The notes under the pieces were generated by a model, which saw nothing but the letters and a program-made list of their open reading frames with translations, ran no database searches and had not been told where the DNA came from. Below, one piece after another: positions 6,878 through 11,058 of a DNA stretch of 11,058 nucleotides (positions are counted from its first letter, which is position 1; each line of letters starts with the position of its first letter). This DNA comes from Pseudomonadota bacterium. GTDB taxonomy: Bacteria; Myxococcota; JACRCW01; JAFGSX01. Location: the NCBI GenBank assembly GCA_043821645.1, contig JBDRCO010000007.1:1-11058 (forward strand), read 5' to 3'. A program made the position numbers and the translations under genes.

Positions 6878-7243
6878 GAACCGACCTCGAGTGCTGACCG
6901 CATCGATACCAGGGTCGAGCGGCCGCACTGCCACCGGAGCGCGCGCCGCTTCACCCAACAGGAGGGGCCAGACGCGCAGCCAAAGCGCACCGTCGACGCG
7001 GGACGACGGGTGCTTCGAGGTGCCAGACAGAGGCATCGGCGTCGCGGCCGAGTGCTTCGAGCGCACCTTCACGAGCATGCCGTGCCTGCGCGAGCGCGAC
7101 CGGGCAGTGGCGCAGGTCTGGCCATCCCCCGGGCGCTCGTCGAGCGCCACGGTGGACGCCTGTGGGTCGGTTCTCGACCGGGTGAGAAATCGCGCTGTCA
7201 TTTCGCGCTCGTGTCCTGCGGTGACGACGGGGAGAGCACATGA
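6878..7243 (+). pseudogene. Frameshifted relic of a histidine kinase HATPase_c domain
   Basis: Motifs are split across two frames: SARRF (degenerate NAxKF) in the 6854 frame; FEVPDRGIGVAAECFERTF..LRERD (G1/F box) in the 6891 frame; after a shift near 7100, PGSGAGLAIPRALVERHGGRLWVGSRPGEKSRCHFAL (G2 and C-terminus) in the 6854 frame. The stop overlaps the next ATG (ATGA). No H-box. The left boundary is approximate. Confidence 0.75.
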
Positions 7244-9579
7244 CGCAGGAGGTCAAGGTTCTGCTGATCGCGGACAGCCCAGCCGCGGTGGCGCTGTTGC
7301 GCCAGCGGGTCGTGGCCGGGGAGCGCTGTCGCATCGCGGTGGATGACTGCAGAACCCTGCCCGAGGCCCGCACACGACTGGCGGCAGGGCGGTACGACGC
7401 GGTCCTGCTCGACCTGGGTTCACCTGACAGCCAGGGCATGCGCACCCTGGCCGGCATCCTCGAGAGCGCGCCGACCACACCGGTGCTGGTGCTCACCGGC
7501 AGCGACGACGTCGATACATCCAGGCTGGGTTTGCTGTTCGGTGCCCAGGACGACCAGGTCAGGGGCCAGGCCGAGACCCTGATCGCGGGGGCCCTGCGCA
7601 CCACGGTGGCGCGCGCCGCAGCGCAGCGCGGCATCACCGACGCCTACGACAACCTCAGGGGCATGCTCGACGCCAGCGAGGATGCGATCCTGATCCTCGG
7701 CGAGGCCAACGAGGTCAAGCAATACAACCGCGCGGCCCGCGCCCTGTTTGGTGCGCGCCTGGTCGAGGGACAAGCCATTGCGCTTCCCGGAGCGCACGAG
7801 AACTCCGCGGACATCGACCTGACCCGCGCCGACGGCACACCCTGCACCGTCGAGATCCGCGTGGGTCAGGCCAGCTGGCACGGCGCGCCGGCCCGCATCG
7901 TCACCCTGCGCGACATCACCGAGCGTCGCCGCGTGGAGCAGGCCCTGCGCCTGTCGGACCTGGCCCTGCGCAAGGCCCAGGCCGTGGCCCACGTGGGCAG
8001 CTGGACCTGGGACATCCCCCAGGACAGGCTGGAGTGGTCGGACGAGATGCACCGCATCTTCGGCATCGACCCCGAGGGCTTCAGCGGCAACCTGGGCGAG
8101 GTGCTGGCGCGCAGCATTCACCCCGACGACAAGGCCGCGGTCGAGGCCTCGAACGCGTCGGTGCTGCGCGAGGGGGTGCCCGTGCCCCTCGAGTACAGGG
8201 TGGTCCTCCCCGATGGCGAGGTGCGCACGGTATGGGCCGAGGCTGGCGAGCTGAGCTGCGACGAGGCCGGGCGCCCGCTGCGGCTCAGCGGCATCGTGCA
8301 GGACATCACCGAGCGCAAGCGCCTGCAGGCCCAGGTGGCTCAGGCCGATCGACTGTCGTCCATGGGCACCCTGGCCGCGGGCGTGGCGCACGAGATCAAC
8401 AACCCGCTGTCCTTTGTGCTGAGCAACCTCGAGAGCCTGGCGCGGGACCTGCCGCAGGTCATCGTGCAGTGTCGCCTGCTGCGCAGCGAGCTCGAAGGTC
8501 AGGTGGCGCCCGAACTGCTGGCGAAGCTGGGGCTAGATGGGGACCACGCCCTGAGCGAGGACGAGCTCGAGGACATGGGCGCGCGCCTGCGCGAGGCCGC
8601 CGACGGTGCGCGGCGCATCCGCGACACGGTGCGCGGCCTGAGCAGCTTTGCTCGCATCGACGAGGAGGAGTCCAGGCCGGTGCAGCTCACCGACGCCATC
8701 GAGGCGGCCTGTCGCATGGCCCTGAACCAGATCCGCTATCGCGCGCGCCTGGTGCAGGAGCTGGCGCCGGTGCCGCCGGTGCTGGCCAGCGACAGCAAGC
8801 TGTCCCAGGTGTTCTTGAACCTGCTCATCAACGCGGCCCACGCCATCCCCGAGGGGCAACTGGAAAACAACGAGATCCGGGTCCGCACCTGGGTCGAGAG
8901 CGCCCAGGTCTGCGCCGAGGTGCGCGACACCGGCGGCGGCATCGCGCCCCAGCACCTGACCCGCATCTTTGACCCCTTCTTCACCACCAAGGCCGTGGGC
9001 AAGGGCTCGGGGCTGGGCCTGGCCATCTCGCACGGCATCGTGCAGAGCTTTGGCGGGACCCTGGAGGTGGCCAGCACTTTGGGCAAGGGCACCAGCTTCA
9101 CCCTGCGCCTGCCCGTCGCTGTGGAGCAGCCCGGCGCGCCGAGCGCACCCCCACTCAGCGCGACCGCCACCGCCGACCTGAAGGGGGTGCGGGTGCTGGT
9201 CATCGACGACGAGGACGGCGTGCGCAGCGCCCTGCGCCGCGTGCTGCGCGATGCCGAGGTGACCGTGGCCGAATCGGGCGAGCAGGCGCAGGCGCTCATC
9301 GAGGCCGGCGGCCGCTACGACCTGATCCTGTGCGACATGATGATGCCCGGGCTGTCGGGCATGGATGTGCACGCCTGGCTGCAGGAGCAGCATCCCGACC
9401 AGGCACGGCGCATGGTGTTCATCACCGGCGGCGCCTTCACCCCGGCGGCGCAGGCCTTTTTATCCGGCATCGACAACAGGTGCGTCGAGAAGCCCTTTGA
9501 CCGGGCCAGGCTGCGCGCCACCATCAGCGAGCTGGTGGCGTCGTGGAGACCGGCGGTCGCCGCACCCAGGTTCCGCTGA
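7240..9579 (+). CDS. Hybrid histidine kinase: degenerate REC-PAS-PAS/PAC-HisKA-HATPase-REC, 779 aa
   Basis: N-terminal REC-like segment (VLLIADS, LLDLGSPDSQG, VLTG); PAS (DAILIL..YNRAARALFG); PAS/PAC (GSWTWD..WSDEMHRIFG..IHPDD..QDITERK); H-box AGVAHEINNPL; NLLINAAHAI, DTGGGI, PFFTTK, GSGLGL; C-terminal REC (VIDDE, LCDMMMP, ITGG, EKPF). GGGGAG SD. Confidence 0.96.
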   Translation: MTQEVKVLLIADSPAAVALLRQRVVAGERCRIAVDDCRTLPEARTRLAAGRYDAVLLDLGSPDSQGMRTLAGILESAPTTPVLVLTGSDDVDTSRLGLLFGAQDDQVRGQAETLIAGALRTTVARAAAQRGITDAYDNLRGMLDASEDAILILGEANEVKQYNRAARALFGARLVEGQAIALPGAHENSADIDLTRADGTPCTVEIRVGQASWHGAPARIVTLRDITERRRVEQALRLSDLALRKAQAVAHVGSWTWDIPQDRLEWSDEMHRIFGIDPEGFSGNLGEVLARSIHPDDKAAVEASNASVLREGVPVPLEYRVVLPDGEVRTVWAEAGELSCDEAGRPLRLSGIVQDITERKRLQAQVAQADRLSSMGTLAAGVAHEINNPLSFVLSNLESLARDLPQVIVQCRLLRSELEGQVAPELLAKLGLDGDHALSEDELEDMGARLREAADGARRIRDTVRGLSSFARIDEEESRPVQLTDAIEAACRMALNQIRYRARLVQELAPVPPVLASDSKLSQVFLNLLINAAHAIPEGQLENNEIRVRTWVESAQVCAEVRDTGGGIAPQHLTRIFDPFFTTKAVGKGSGLGLAISHGIVQSFGGTLEVASTLGKGTSFTLRLPVAVEQPGAPSAPPLSATATADLKGVRVLVIDDEDGVRSALRRVLRDAEVTVAESGEQAQALIEAGGRYDLILCDMMMPGLSGMDVHAWLQEQHPDQARRMVFITGGAFTPAAQAFLSGIDNRCVEKPFDRARLRATISELVASWRPAVAAPRFR

Positions 9580-9590
9580 CCGAGGCCGGT

Positions 9591-11058
9591 TCAGACCCCC
9601 GCTTGTTGCTGCTCGAGGATCTCTGCCACCAGCTCGCGCAGCACCCGAGGCTCGAAGGGTTTTTCGAGGGTGGGCCGCGGGTTGAGCATCAAAAACTCGC
9701 GGGTCGTCGGCGTGAAGATGCCGCCGGTCATGAACACGAAGCGCGGCACCAGCTCCGGGTGCTGCTGCTGCACGTGCCTGAACACGTCGACGCCGGTGAC
9801 CTCGGGCATCATCACGTCGCACACCACGGCGTTGTAGGCGCTGTCCTGCTCGAGCAGGGCGATGGCCTCGGCGCCGGACGCGGCCAGCACCACGCTGTGG
9901 CGACTGCCCAGCAGGCGGTTGACCAGGGAGCGCAGCAGGGGATCGTCGTCCACCACCAGCACGCGGCCGGCGGGTGCGGGGACCTGCTTCTCGGGTGCGG
10001 GCTCGATCACCGGCTGCACCACAGTGGCATCGGCCACCGGCAGGACGACCGTGAAGGTGGTGCCCTGGCCCGGCTCGCTGTGGGCCGAGATCTCGCCACC
10101 CAGGCCCTGGATGATGTTGCGGCAGATGCTCAGGCCCAGGCCCGAGCCCACGCCCGCGGGCTTGGTGGTGAAGAAGGGCTCGAAGATCATGGGCAGCACC
10201 TCGGGGTTGATGCCCTTGCCGGTGTCGCTGATCGAGACCTCGATCACCCCGTCGTGGTGGTGGGCGCGCACCGTAATCTGCTGGTTGGCGGCGTCGCCCT
10301 CGGGGATGGCCTGGGCCGCGTTGATCAGCAGGTTGACAAAGACCTGGGCCAGGCGACCGTCGTTGGCCAGCACCATGGGCAGCGAGGGCAGCTCCTTGAC
10401 CAGGCGGGCGCGGTACTTGATCTCGTTGTAGGCCATGCTGACCGCGGTCTCGACCGGCGCCCGCAGGTCGATGAGGCTGCGCGTATCGTCCTCGACCCGC
10501 GAGAACACCTTGAGGTCGCGCACGATGTCGCGCACCCGCTCGGCGCCGGTGCTGGCGTCGTCCAGGCACTCGCGCAGCTCACTCAGGGCGTCCTGCGAAA
10601 TGACGGCCTCGAGCGGCCCCAGGGCCTGGCTCGCCTTGTCCTCGCCCAGCTTGTCGACCAGCAGGCGCCGCATCTGCACCACGGCGTGCACCAGGTCGGG
10701 CACGCGCTCGGTGACCTCCTCGAGGTTGTACAGGATGTAGGTCAGGGGGTTGTTGATCTCGTGTGCCACGCCCGCGGCCAGCATGCCCACGGTGGCCATG
10801 CGGTCGCTCTGGGCGAGCCGGGCCTGCACCTTCTTGCGCTCGCTGATGTCCTCGCCCGCGCACAGCAGGCCCTCGATGTGGCCGTCGGCGCTCAGGCGCA
10901 GGGCGTTGTGCCAGGCCATCAGCACCTCGCGCCCATCTCCTGTCTGCACCGTGCACTCGTAGCGGCGGATGCGCTCGAAGTCGCCGCTCATGCCCGCGGC
11001 AAAGTCGCCCAGCACGTGCACCAGCTCGCGCGGCACGACGAAGGTCTCGAAGGCGTGC
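9591..11058 (-). CDS. Hybrid histidine kinase: PAS/PAC-HisKA-HATPase-REC (5' end beyond the window)
   Basis: The frame stays open upstream of 11036 (HAFETFVVPREL..) to the window edge, so that GTG is probably internal. PAC ending GEDISERK, H-box AGVAHEINNPL, NLLINAAQAI, DTGKGI, PFFTTK, GSGLGL, and REC (VVDDD, VCDVMMP, MTGG, EKPF). Confidence 0.95.
   Translation of the reverse strand, partial: HAFETFVVPRELVHVLGDFAAGMSGDFERIRRYECTVQTGDGREVLMAWHNALRLSADGHIEGLLCAGEDISERKKVQARLAQSDRMATVGMLAAGVAHEINNPLTYILYNLEEVTERVPDLVHAVVQMRRLLVDKLGEDKASQALGPLEAVISQDALSELRECLDDASTGAERVRDIVRDLKVFSRVEDDTRSLIDLRAPVETAVSMAYNEIKYRARLVKELPSLPMVLANDGRLAQVFVNLLINAAQAIPEGDAANQQITVRAHHHDGVIEVSISDTGKGINPEVLPMIFEPFFTTKPAGVGSGLGLSICRNIIQGLGGEISAHSEPGQGTTFTVVLPVADATVVQPVIEPAPEKQVPAPAGRVLVVDDDPLLRSLVNRLLGSRHSVVLAASGAEAIALLEQDSAYNAVVCDVMMPEVTGVDVFRHVQQQHPELVPRFVFMTGGIFTPTTREFLMLNPRPTLEKPFEPRVLRELVAEILEQQQAGV

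Noticed and set aside
6854..7346. ORFs 6854-7243 and 6891-7346 as intact small proteins or a programmed frameshift
   Set aside because: Each carries only part of a degenerate HATPase, catalytic residues are substituted, and no slippery sequence is evident; decay is the simpler explanation.
9577..9593. Bidirectional terminator between the convergent kinases
   Set aside because: Only a very short possible stem and no U-tract on either strand.
7420..10569. Long overlapping ORFs 7420-8391 (-), 8034-8972 (+), 8533-9393 (-) and 9460-10569 (-)
   Set aside because: Shadow or off-frame ORFs of the two hybrid kinases, with no independent coding signal.

Overview
GC-rich bacterial DNA (roughly two-thirds G+C by eye; the protein families suggest a myxobacterium or deltaproteobacterium, which is inference) that is almost entirely two-component signalling genes. 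Minus strand, left: a probable operon of an unknown lipoprotein, a single-domain response regulator, a GAF histidine kinase and a pseudo-receiver-GAF histidine kinase that runs off the window and is missing from the ORF track. It is preceded by a near-consensus sigma54 -24/-12 promoter, an IHF-like site and tandem palindromic enhancer-like sites. The next gene upstream is an NtrC-family sigma54 activator. Plus strand: an excisionase/BldC-like HTH-receiver regulator whose putative promoter is covered by 10-bp phased direct repeats, a frameshifted kinase ATPase relic, and a PAS hybrid kinase that meets a paralogous hybrid kinase tail-to-tail. A ~117-bp imperfect palindrome and a heptamer repeat lie between the activator and the sigma54 promoter. 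I see no rRNA, tRNA, CRISPR array, transposase or defence system. The parts belong to known families; any novelty lies in the circuit, its readable cis-regulatory sites and the orphan lipoprotein.
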